Part shown: one piece after another, positions 1 to 8,080 of the stretch | How the letters are laid out: the number at the start of each line of letters is the position of its first letter | How positions within the stretch are numbered: the first letter of the stretch is position 1 | Source: Candidatus Undinarchaeales archaeon | Lineage (GTDB): Archaea; SpSt-1190; JASMDC01 | DNA length: 64,000 bases | Assembly (NCBI GenBank): GCA_030753015.1 | Contig: JASMDC010000017.1 | Location: 1-64,000, forward strand | Direction of reading: 5' to 3' | Program-made: the position numbers and the translations under genes | Notes under the pieces: generated by a model | Databases searched by the model: none | Seen by the model: only the letters and a program-made list of their open reading frames with translations | Told to the model about the DNA's origin: nothing

Positions 1-32
1 GGGCCGCGTCTGTGAGTCCTTATCCGTTGTAC
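1..32. repeat. 3' end of an attC-like site truncated by the window edge
   Basis: Ends CCTTATCC-GTTGTAC, like the CCTTGACC-GTTATCT and CCTTGGCC-GTTATAC ends of the two full copies; GTTGTACGC (26-34) is the exact reverse complement of GCGTACAAC (283-291). Confidence 0.6.
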
Positions 33-284
33 GCCATCCGCGCAGTGGCATTTGTTTCTCTTTGAATGCTTCTATCCTCAGGGGTATATTGGCCAAGGTC
101 CAGAGACAGCTTCGTGTCACCATCAAGAATGTGGTTGCCCCTCCAGACCTCTGATTAAACGCATAAGCCTGTGCCGCTCAGACTGGGCTCCCAAGCTCGA
201 GGTCCAGCAGAAGTATTGATGTACTGGGCAATATCGCTGGGTCGATCCACGCTGGACGACCACGCTACGACACGACGGACGAGC

Positions 285-426
285 GTACAACAACCGGCCT
301 TCTAGCTCCGGGCCGCTGAGACGGCCCTCCGCCCACACGCCCCCGAATATCCTGGAGCCTCGCTGGTTTGAGCTTCGCTACAGATTCGTGTTACGTGGGC
401 GCGATAGAAGGCCTTGACCGTTATCT
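285..426. mobile_element. attC-like integron cassette recombination site (copy 1, 142 bp)
   Basis: Imperfect palindrome GTACAAC-aacc-GGCCTTCTA...TAGAAGGCC-ttgacc-GTTATCT; AAC/GTT core triplets; about 50 bp nearly identical to 713-855. Confidence 0.75.
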
Positions 427-532
427 GAAAGCCCCAATATATAATAATGAGTTAATTATTGATTAATAATAGATGACATGGGGAAAGACTAGGTATTTAA
501 CTTTAAATCTCCTATGATAGCATTGCCACCAA

Positions 533-618
533 GGGTGCAAGGGGAGCTTCACCGTATTTACGATTAGCCAAGCGCCGATGTCTTCCATTCGACTGCCTTG
601 ACCGCTCCCCTTGCATCC
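533..618. ncRNA. Putative structured small RNA / stem-loop in an ORF-less cassette
   Basis: 15-bp stem GGGTGCAAGGGGAGC (533-547) / GCTCCCCTTGCATCC (604-618), one G-U pair, 56-nt loop, in AT-rich DNA; TATA-like TTTAAA at ~502-507 (+) and TATAAA on the - strand at ~638-643. Confidence 0.35.
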
Positions 619-712
619 AAATCCTTATCATTCATCGTTTATAGAACAATAGTATCAACTTGTTTTGTCGGAGCATTTGTTAGGATAGCCACTTATGCTA
701 GGTGGGGCATAC

Positions 713-855
713 AGATAACAATCGGCCTTCTAGCTCCGGGCCGCTGAGACGGCCCTCCGCCAACACGCCCCCGCGGAGTTTGAACATCGCTTTAGGATAC
801 TTCGCATAAGGTGATCCTGGCGGGTACGCGTCATAGAAGGCCTTGGCCGTTATAC
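713..855. mobile_element. attC-like integron cassette recombination site (copy 2, 143 bp)
   Basis: AGATAAC-aatc-GGCCTTCTA...TAGAAGGCC-ttggcc-GTTATAC; CAGATAAC (712-719) is the exact reverse complement of GTTATCTG (420-427). Confidence 0.75.
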
Positions 856-884
856 GACAACGTTCCCCAAATGGAAAACCATAA

Positions 885-920
885 ATATACAAACATATAC
901 AAACATATACTTATGTATAC
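885..920 (+). promoter_or_regulatory. Phased operator-like repeats upstream of the TA operon
   Basis: ATATAC at 885, 895 and 905 and GTATAC at 915, with exact 10-bp periodicity, just upstream of the antitoxin start. Confidence 0.5.
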
Positions 921-949
921 AGATGTAAATCAATCTAAAGGTGGTCATT

Positions 950-1189
950 ATGGGAGCTACTACGATCAGGATACACGATGATACAAAGCATGATCTGGAT
1001 CTGTTAAGGGAATATCGGAATGAAAGTTATGATGAAGTTATTAAGAAAATCCTCTTTGTCATAAATACCTACAAGACCGAGCCTGAATTGAGCCAGGAGA
1101 CAATTGATTCGATCGAAAGAGCGAGGAAAAGGATGAAGAAAGGGGATTTCTTATCTGAAGAGGAAGCGAGAAAGAGGCTTGGCCTTTAA
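950..1189 (+). CDS. RelB-like (ribbon-helix-helix) antitoxin
   Basis: TTIRIHDDTK...ESYDEVIKK RHH-like N-terminus, C-terminal LSEEEARKRLGL; TAATG coupling to a relE-like gene; alternative GTG start at 941. Confidence 0.8.
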   Translation: MGATTIRIHDDTKHDLDLLREYRNESYDEVIKKILFVINTYKTEPELSQETIDSIERARKRMKKGDFLSEEEARKRLGL

Positions 1190-1442
1190 TGCATGAAATC
1201 AACTTTGATGAGGAAGTAATTGATACCCTCAAGAAATTACCAAAGCTACTAGAAAGAGGATTTTCAATAAGATCGTATCATCTAAAGAGAATCCCTTCTT
1301 GTTCTTTGAGAGATTAAAGGGGAGACGAGATTACAGAATGCGGATAGGGGATTTCAGGGTAATCGCAGATATCGATTCAAATCTGAAGAGGATCCAAGTG
1401 ACTTTGATCGGGCATAGGAAGAACATCTACAAGAGAATCTGA
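1189..1442 (+). pseudogene. RelE/ParE-family toxin with a -1 frameshift at ~1242
   Basis: ATG 1189 gives MHEINFDEEVIDTLKKLP and the frame stops at 1315-1317; the -1 frame continues KATRKRIFNKI...ERLKGRRDYRMRIGDFRVIADID...LIGHRKNIYKRI* (RelE motifs) to TGA 1440-1442. Confidence 0.85.
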
Positions 1443-1461
1443 TCGTGATAGAACGTCGGTC

Positions 1462-1600
1462 GCCTAACACAAAGGTATCCAGCTCCAGGCCTCCAGCCTT
1501 CCGCCCACACTCCGACTCATACATTATACGCAATCTGCTTCAGGAGTCTTTGGTATCATGAGATCCATCCTTGCACTTCGCCCTCAGAATCCTTTCCTGA
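1462..1600. repeat. Degenerate third attC-like copy
   Basis: Begins GCCTAAC (RYYYAAC), followed by CAGCTCCAGGCC and CCTTCCGCCCACAC resembling copies 1 and 2; no intact GTT end, so the right boundary is approximate. Confidence 0.45.
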
Positions 1601-1642
1601 CACTTCGTCCTTGAAATGGTCGTCATGATAGTCGCTTTCCTT

Positions 1643-2416
1643 TCAGCCGACCTCACGGGCCAGTGCCTCGCACGGGACGTCCACTCCAGCGGTCTGGGTG
1701 CGTCCAACGGGGGAGAGGCAGTACACCATCATGTCGCAGTCCACGAACGCCAGTGGGTAGCAGAGCTTGGTATCGCCCGCGCCCTCCATGCAGATCCGGC
1801 TCCCCTCCTCGATGGTGGCGGAGGTGCCCTCGCCCGGAGCACAGTACGGTCCGCGCCCTTCGCACCCGAGCACAGCGGTCCCGTCATCGCCCACGGTGAC
1901 GGTCCGCGCATAGTCCTCCAGTGCCACAGCGCACGGTCGCTCTGCACCGTTGGCGGAGGCGCACCCTGTCTGTCGCCAGCGCCCGATGGCCGAGCACTCG
2001 AGGTCGAGGTCCACGGCCCGTGGCGGAGGTGTAGGGCTTGCAGGGGTGGTGAGATGCGGTGCGGCCTGCGCGCCCGGAACGGTCTGGCGCTCCGTACGGA
2101 CAATAGGTCCCGGGACGGCCCCACTACCGGCTGTGATCCTCTCAAGTAGCCCCTGATGGAGCATCACGGCCAGCCCTGCGGCGAGGACCACCACGGCAAG
2201 GAGACCGACCACTGCACCCCAGGACCGTCCCTCGCTGACGGGTGCAGGAGGCTCCTCCCCACGCACCAGTGCCTCGGCCGTGGCCTCGTCGTACCCCATC
2301 TCGAGGAAGAGCTCCTTGACCTGCTCGGGCGGGTAGCCCATCTGCAGGTACTCCTGGGCATAGGATGCGTAGTAGCTGGAGCACTGGGCATCCCCCATCG
2401 GGAGGATACTCATCAC
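1643..2416 (-). CDS. Membrane-anchored Cys-rich hypothetical protein with N-terminal LxxG[YWF] helical domain
   Basis: 257-aa ORF; YLQMGYPPEQVKELFLEMGYD, one TM helix, Pro linker, Cys-rich C-terminus. Confidence 0.7.
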   Translation of the reverse strand: MMSILPMGDAQCSSYYASYAQEYLQMGYPPEQVKELFLEMGYDEATAEALVRGEEPPAPVSEGRSWGAVVGLLAVVVLAAGLAVMLHQGLLERITAGSGAVPGPIVRTERQTVPGAQAAPHLTTPASPTPPPRAVDLDLECSAIGRWRQTGCASANGAERPCAVALEDYARTVTVGDDGTAVLGCEGRGPYCAPGEGTSATIEEGSRICMEGAGDTKLCYPLAFVDCDMMVYCLSPVGRTQTAGVDVPCEALAREVG

Positions 2417-2453
2417 TAGTGCTTAAGTTGATTTCTATGGGATCTCTGCAAGC

Positions 2454-2981
2454 TCAGAGCTTCTCGAAGATGAGGTCTTTTGGGGGCATGCACATGGAGG
2501 CCACTGTGATGTGGAGCCGGTCCTCCTCGCCCTGGTAAATGGCAAGGGTCCGTGCGTCCATGGCGCGACCCTCGGATACTCGATATGCCTTGTTCCGCGC
2601 GAGGTAGTGGGACCCGGTGAAGGTCACGTCGAGCCATGTATCCTCGCTCATGCCGTTGCCCCGCCCCTGGAGATGGAGCCCCTGCTCGTCCTCGTAGATG
2701 AAGAGCTTCGGGGCCTCGGGGAGGAGTGAATCGGCCTGGATGAGGTAACCATTGTCCAGTTCCATATAGGAGCCGTTCTCGAACAGCGACTCCACGAGGT
2801 CGAGCTGGTTGTAGAGGGACTCGAGAGCTGCCCCGGGGACTGGTCTCAGTGAGCCGGCGAACCCGACGTTGTAGCCAGCGGCGGCGGGCGAGGCGAAGGG
2901 CTCGAACACCTCGAAATCCGATACGTCCAATCCGGTCCCGGCCTCGGCCGCGTCCATCTCGAGAAGGTACATGATCATCAC
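2454..2981 (-). CDS. Acidic hypothetical protein
   Basis: 175-aa ORF with an upstream BRE/TATA-like GAAAATGTTTAAAA on the - strand. Confidence 0.6.
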   Translation of the reverse strand: MMIMYLLEMDAAEAGTGLDVSDFEVFEPFASPAAAGYNVGFAGSLRPVPGAALESLYNQLDLVESLFENGSYMELDNGYLIQADSLLPEAPKLFIYEDEQGLHLQGRGNGMSEDTWLDVTFTGSHYLARNKAYRVSEGRAMDARTLAIYQGEEDRLHITVASMCMPPKDLIFEKL

Positions 2982-3180
2982 TTGTCCTTGCGAACGGAGG
3001 CGACAAGCGATGGTCCGTTTTTAAACATTTTCATTTGATTTGACACGAACTCGCACGATTTGGGCTTATTTGGGGAAAAAACGCCTATTAAGCCTTAATA
3101 ACTTCATTGAGCGTCTGTGAGACGTCAAAGCACACCGCATACTTTCATGCTATTTAACATTAATCACCGCAAGAGTGGTC

Positions 3181-4494
3181 ATGCGGGTGCTCCTCCTGGC
3201 CCCACGCGTGTCGGACGGCGAGTCCACCCTCCCTTTGGGGCTGGCCTACATCGCCGCCGTGCTCGAGGCCGACGGGTGCGAGGTCTTTGGGCGCGACCTC
3301 TCCTTCACAGGACCTGAGGATGTTGCCCGGGAGGCCGCCGACCTGGGGGTGGACGCGGTGCTCGCATCCTCTCTTACCAGCACCTTGGGCCAGGTCGCGG
3401 CCGCGTGCGATATGGTCCGATGCGCGACGGGGGCTCCCGTTGCACTGGGTGGCCCTCACGCGACCGCCCTTCCGGCGCACGCACTGGGCGCTGGTGACTT
3501 CGATGCCCTGATGGTGGGCGAGGGCGAGGACAGGGTGGTCCCGCTCGTCAGGGCATTGACGGGGAACGGCCGGTTGGCGCGCGTTCCCGGACTACTTCTC
3601 CCCGGCGGCATTTCGACAGGTCCCGCCCCGCTCCCTCCCGATCCAGACAGCCTTCCCTATCCTCGACGAGAGGCTTTCCCCGAGAGCCTGTACTCGGGGA
3701 TGCCCGCTCGGGGCCCGTACACTCCGCTTGTCACATCGCGCGGATGCCGTCGCCGGTGCGCTCACTGCCCTTCCCATTCCCTTGTGGGAGGTCCTCGACG
3801 ACGTTCTCCCGCCAACGTGGCAGATGAGGTGGAACACCTCCTCTCACGCGGTTACCGTGAGTTCCAGGTGGAGGATGATGGATTCGCCGAGGACCGGGGC
3901 CATGTGGTCGGTATATGTGATGCCTTTCGGGAGCGGGGATTGGACATCGACTGGGCGTGTACCAACGGACTCCATCCGGATGATCTGGACGAGGGCCTCC
4001 TCGCTGCCTTGGCAGAGACAGGTTGTTACTCGATCGCCCTGGGTATCGAGTCCCTTGACCGCTCGGTCCTCGCAACCCTGTGCCGACCTATGGACCTGGA
4101 GAGGATCGCAGGACTTGTCCGTGCGGCCCATGACCACGGTATGGAGGTCAGTGGTTACTTCATGCTCGGCCTTCCGGGGACTGTGCTCAATGACGGAGGG
4201 CTCCTGGCCGACGAGGCACTCGCCCTTGATCTCGACACGGCCCATTTCTCTGTGTTCTCGCCCTTACCCGGCTCCCCCATATTCTCCCGTTTGATAGCGG
4301 AAGGAGCATCAGTGGACGAGCTGGTGGCCGGTAACGTCCCTGGGATGGACCGGATCGCCCTCGATGCGGAGAGCGCTAGGGCATACCGCCGCTTCTACGC
4401 AGGGCGCAAGGGCGTGGCCGTGGTACACCAGGCCCTATCCACAGGCAGACCGTTCGAGCCGTTAGTCAAAAAGTTTAAAGGCTGGTTCCTCTAA
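3181..4494 (+). CDS. B12-binding radical SAM protein
   Basis: PLGLAYIAA, GGPHAT, GEGE, TSRGC with CRRRCAHC, IGIES, GYFMLGLPG; ATG at 3181 (GTG 3175 possible). Confidence 0.9.
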   Translation: MRVLLLAPRVSDGESTLPLGLAYIAAVLEADGCEVFGRDLSFTGPEDVAREAADLGVDAVLASSLTSTLGQVAAACDMVRCATGAPVALGGPHATALPAHALGAGDFDALMVGEGEDRVVPLVRALTGNGRLARVPGLLLPGGISTGPAPLPPDPDSLPYPRREAFPESLYSGMPARGPYTPLVTSRGCRRRCAHCPSHSLVGGPRRRSPANVADEVEHLLSRGYREFQVEDDGFAEDRGHVVGICDAFRERGLDIDWACTNGLHPDDLDEGLLAALAETGCYSIALGIESLDRSVLATLCRPMDLERIAGLVRAAHDHGMEVSGYFMLGLPGTVLNDGGLLADEALALDLDTAHFSVFSPLPGSPIFSRLIAEGASVDELVAGNVPGMDRIALDAESARAYRRFYAGRKGVAVVHQALSTGRPFEPLVKKFKGWFL

Positions 4495-4504
4495 TCCCCA
4501 CCTT

Positions 4505-5920
4505 ATGGCCGAGCGCGTCCTGTTCCTTCGGGCCGATCCGGAACGGCTCTCGCCAGGACATCATCCGCGCAACTCCTACCCCTCCATGAACATCCGCTAT
4601 AGTGCCTCCGTGGCCATGGCCATGGGGTACGATGTGGACGTCATCGACATGGCAGCGAGCCTGCCGAGCGGCACACTGGCCGAGTCTGTGGCCGCAGCAC
4701 GACCAGACGTGGTACTGTGCGATGTAATCACCCCTGCCGTCCAGTTCACCCTCGACGCCGTCGAGCGGATCGGGGTTCCGGTCATCGCCCTGGGACAGCA
4801 TCCGTCAGCGCTCCCGCGGACGCTCCTCGATAGAGAGGGTCCGGTGGATGCCTGTATCGTGGGCGAGCCCGAACGCACGCTCCAAGAGGCGCTACCCTAC
4901 GTCATGGCGGGAGACCTATCGTCCCTCGCTGGTATGGCCGGGCTCGTTGTCCGGTCACCTGACGGTCCCATCGAAGGGCCGTCCCGTCCACCTATCGAGC
5001 GGCTCGATGAGCTTCCCTACCAGGCACACACCTCCCACCATGGGAGCTACTACACACACTATCCCATTCGGACCAGGGGCCGCCGCCGGTTCGGTTTCAT
5101 CGAGGCGGGCCGTGGATGCCCGCATTCGTGCTTATTCTGTTCACAGACGCTGCGCATCTCCTACGGCAAATGCGTTCGACTGCGATCGCACGAGAGCGTG
5201 GCCGCCGAGGTCGAGTACCTCGTCCGGGAGCTCGACGTGAACGCGCTGGTGTTCCTCGACGATGCCTTCTGTCTCGATCACAGGTTCGCTCACGGCATCT
5301 GCGACTCCCTTATCGAGCGAGGGCTCAACGACAAGGTCTCATGGCTCGTGCAGACCCGGGTCGACGCCGTGGACGAGGACCTCCTGACCCACATGCACGA
5401 GGCCGGCTGTTCCACCGTGTGCTTCGGTGTCGAGTCGGGCAGCCAGCGTGTGCTCGACACATTGCGCAAGGGCGTCACCCTCGACCGGATCCGGACAGCT
5501 TTCCAAGCGGCACATGATGCGGGCCTGCTCAGGGTCGGGTTCTTCATGCTCGGCAATCCGACCGAGACCCGAGAGGAGCTGGAGAGCACCATGGCCTTCT
5601 GCCGTGAGCTGGCCCCGGACTTTATCCAGGTCGCGTTCTTCACGGCGTATCCGGGCTCGGCCGCTTGGGCGGAATGGGGCGACACGACGGACTACGACTC
5701 CTACACCCACTATAACGCCGTGATTAGCAACAGGAGCCAGATGAGCAACGACGAACTGGTTGAGCTCCATCGGCGGTTCTACCTAAGCTTCCTGTCCCGC
5801 CCCCAATTCGTCGCACGCTACGCCCGCTACCGCCTGCCCCGGGCCCTTGCGAACTGGCGCGAGGAGGCAGAGCTGATGCGGACGGCGCTCGGGTTCTTTA
5901 CGTCCCACCACGAGGATTAG
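4505..5920 (+). CDS. B12-binding radical SAM protein
   Basis: GQHPS, GEPE, GRGC with CPHSCLFC, FLDDAF, FGVESGSQRVL, FFMLGNPTET. Confidence 0.92.
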   Translation: MAERVLFLRADPERLSPGHHPRNSYPSMNIRYSASVAMAMGYDVDVIDMAASLPSGTLAESVAAARPDVVLCDVITPAVQFTLDAVERIGVPVIALGQHPSALPRTLLDREGPVDACIVGEPERTLQEALPYVMAGDLSSLAGMAGLVVRSPDGPIEGPSRPPIERLDELPYQAHTSHHGSYYTHYPIRTRGRRRFGFIEAGRGCPHSCLFCSQTLRISYGKCVRLRSHESVAAEVEYLVRELDVNALVFLDDAFCLDHRFAHGICDSLIERGLNDKVSWLVQTRVDAVDEDLLTHMHEAGCSTVCFGVESGSQRVLDTLRKGVTLDRIRTAFQAAHDAGLLRVGFFMLGNPTETREELESTMAFCRELAPDFIQVAFFTAYPGSAAWAEWGDTTDYDSYTHYNAVISNRSQMSNDELVELHRRFYLSFLSRPQFVARYARYRLPRALANWREEAELMRTALGFFTSHHED

Positions 5921-6642
5921 GCGCGCCCGGTGAGCCGGAGCACGCCCTCCCGGAGCAGGGGGCGGAGGATCGAGTACCAGTCGAGGAAGGGTCGCATCTT
6001 GCTATAACCCTTCTTCTGGTCGAAGCGCTTGGTCACTGGGACCTCGGTGTACTGGTAGCGCTTGACCGCCTGAATGAGCATGTAGGGCTCGAACTCGTAC
6101 CGGTCAAGCCACGGGGCCGAGAGGTCGAGCTCCTCGACGAGCTTGATCTTATAGGCGCGGAAGCCGTTCGAGGCGTCCGTTACCTTCTTCCCGGTCACCA
6201 GCCGGAACGTGATGGTGAACAGGCGGGTGGTCACACGCCTGAAGAGTGGGATGTCCGGGTCCCCCTCGAGGTACCGGGAACCCTGGACCAGGTCGTTCCC
6301 TTCGAAGAGCGGATCCAGAAGGAGTGGGATCTCGGCCGGCTCATCCTGGTCATCACCTGCGATGGCCACGATGATGTCGTACTTCCTCTCCATTGCATAG
6401 GCCTGGACGCGTCGGGTGAGGAATCCTGGGCCACGGTTGACATCATTGCGTAGCACGGTCGCACCGGCCTCCCGGGCCTCATTCCCCGTGTCGTCTGTAC
6501 TTCCATCGTCCACGACCACGAACTCGTCAACGATGTCCCATGGGACCTTGCGCACTGTGCGTCCGATCTTACCTTCCTCGTTGAAGGCGCCGGTCATTAG
6601 CAGAACACGCTTGCCCCGGTACACATCAGGGGGACGGGCCAC
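5917..6642 (-). CDS. Glycosyltransferase family 2 (DPM1-like)
   Basis: AFNEE, VVDDGSTD, GDDQ, GSRY, TDASNGFRAY. Confidence 0.9.
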   Translation of the reverse strand: MARPPDVYRGKRVLLMTGAFNEEGKIGRTVRKVPWDIVDEFVVVDDGSTDDTGNEAREAGATVLRNDVNRGPGFLTRRVQAYAMERKYDIIVAIAGDDQDEPAEIPLLLDPLFEGNDLVQGSRYLEGDPDIPLFRRVTTRLFTITFRLVTGKKVTDASNGFRAYKIKLVEELDLSAPWLDRYEFEPYMLIQAVKRYQYTEVPVTKRFDQKKGYSKMRPFLDWYSILRPLLREGVLRLTGRA

Positions 6643-6655
6643 ATGATTTATATAC

Positions 6656-7672
6656 TCAGGGGAAGGGGACCGGTGCCCGGTCCTCGGCCGAACGCAGGGC
6701 CGCCTCTGCCATGCGCACCGCCCGGACGCCCACCTCGCCCGGAGTGTTGGGCTTCTCCCCGGTCCTGATGCAGTCGAGGAAGTGCTCTATCTCAAGGCGC
6801 AAAGGTTCGTGCTGATCGATATATGGCTGTGAAACGTTCCCCATCCGGCGCATGGCCCTGAAAGCACCGTAGGAGTCGTAGCGGTAGCCATTGGACTCTA
6901 GGAAGGCCATGTAGTCGAAGTCGAACACGTTGAGCAGCGGTGTGATGCTGTCGAGCTGTGCCGAACGCGTCTCCCCCACAAGCCACATCTCGCGCACTTT
7001 TCGCGGGGTGAGCCAGCTAACGGTGATGTTGGCCAGGATGTTATCAGGGAATCTGAGAGTGATGAACGCTACGTCCTCGAAAGGGGTCTGAGGGAGCACC
7101 GAGCTGGACGTGGCGGATATCTCTGTGGGGGTGGCGCCCAGCAATAGGCAGACCGTGTCGAAGTCGTGGACGGCGAAGTCGAAGATGACCCCGCAGTCCT
7201 GGCGAGGAGTGCGGAACCCGATACGCGAGCAGTGGAGCATGTAGATCTTGCCGAATGTGCCTGAGTCGATCTCACGCTTGAGCGCCATCACAGATGGATC
7301 GAACCTGAAGATATGGCCTACCTGGAGGGTGAGCCTATCACGTTGGGCCAGCTTCATGAGGCCCTCGCACGCAGGTGAGTTCAGGGCGAAGGGTTTCTCC
7401 ACAAGGAGGTGCTTTCCTGCTTCCAGGACGGCGCGGGCCACGTCCGCGTGAGTGGCTGCAGGGGTGCAGACGCACACCGCGTCGATGTCGTCACGGGCGA
7501 GCAGAGAGTCCATGTCCTCGACGGTGTCGACCCCGAAGGAGCGCTCGATCATGTGGCACCGGGACGCGCTGATGTCGCAAACCTGGACGAGGTTGGCCTG
7601 GGGTAGTTCAGTGAGCACACGAACGTGGTTCTTGCCCCACTCGCCAGCCCCTATGACCCCGACTCCGAGCAT
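6656..7672 (-). CDS. Gfo/Idh/MocA family NAD(P)-dependent oxidoreductase (nucleotide-sugar dehydrogenase-like)
   Basis: GVIGAGEWG, GKHLLVEKP, VGHIFRF, DFAVHDFD. Confidence 0.92.
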   Translation of the reverse strand: MLGVGVIGAGEWGKNHVRVLTELPQANLVQVCDISASRCHMIERSFGVDTVEDMDSLLARDDIDAVCVCTPAATHADVARAVLEAGKHLLVEKPFALNSPACEGLMKLAQRDRLTLQVGHIFRFDPSVMALKREIDSGTFGKIYMLHCSRIGFRTPRQDCGVIFDFAVHDFDTVCLLLGATPTEISATSSSVLPQTPFEDVAFITLRFPDNILANITVSWLTPRKVREMWLVGETRSAQLDSITPLLNVFDFDYMAFLESNGYRYDSYGAFRAMRRMGNVSQPYIDQHEPLRLEIEHFLDCIRTGEKPNTPGEVGVRAVRMAEAALRSAEDRAPVPFP

Positions 7673-7778
7673 GGGTGGGCGGAGAGAGGTTAACTAAATA
7701 AACCTTACGCGGGGCTGCCGGGAATACCGGCACGCCACCCCGGTTCGGTTATAATATGATGAACGTCTCCTCCTAGCC

Positions 7779-8072
7779 ATGCGATGGCAGCAGCAATCGG
7801 AGAGGGTCCTCGTAAGGGAGATCGGCAAGCGCGGTGGTCTTCTGCCCATGCAGGTGGCATCCCCCCTCCTCGCCGACAGCCTGGGAATCTCGAGGGAGTT
7901 CGCCTCGGACCTCGTGAGGACCCTGGTCCGCTCCCAGCGGCTGGCCGCTCACCAAAGTTATTTATCTATCCACAACCATATCAGGTGTCAGTGTGGGGCG
8001 CGGATGTTTCCCGCCGCCTTGGCCCGGACGGGGGGCGTGTGCCCGCACTGCAGAAGGATGATGACCACCTGA
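7779..8072 (+). CDS. Small protein with HTH-like region and C-terminal Zn ribbon
   Basis: 97 aa; CQCG...CPHC; TTATAATA about 25 bp upstream. Confidence 0.6.
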   Translation: MRWQQQSERVLVREIGKRGGLLPMQVASPLLADSLGISREFASDLVRTLVRSQRLAAHQSYLSIHNHIRCQCGARMFPAALARTGGVCPHCRRMMTT

Positions 8073-8080
8073 TCATTATC

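Noticed and set aside
285-855. CRISPR array, TIGR-like array or twister ribozyme reading of the repeats
   Set aside because: Units are ~142 bp and ~430 bp apart, with no cas or Nop-domain gene nearby; GCGGAGGG is present but the other twister elements are not in the right order; the AAC/GTT cassette logic explains the repeats better.
123-892. Short - strand ORFs 123-338 and 698-892 sharing AEGRLSGPELEGRLL
   Set aside because: The shared peptide is simply the translation of the repeated attC-like DNA; the ORFs cross cassette boundaries.
7710-7742. GC-rich hairpin between divergent promoters
   Set aside because: Short, single-copy and expected by chance at this GC content; no recognisable RNA motif.
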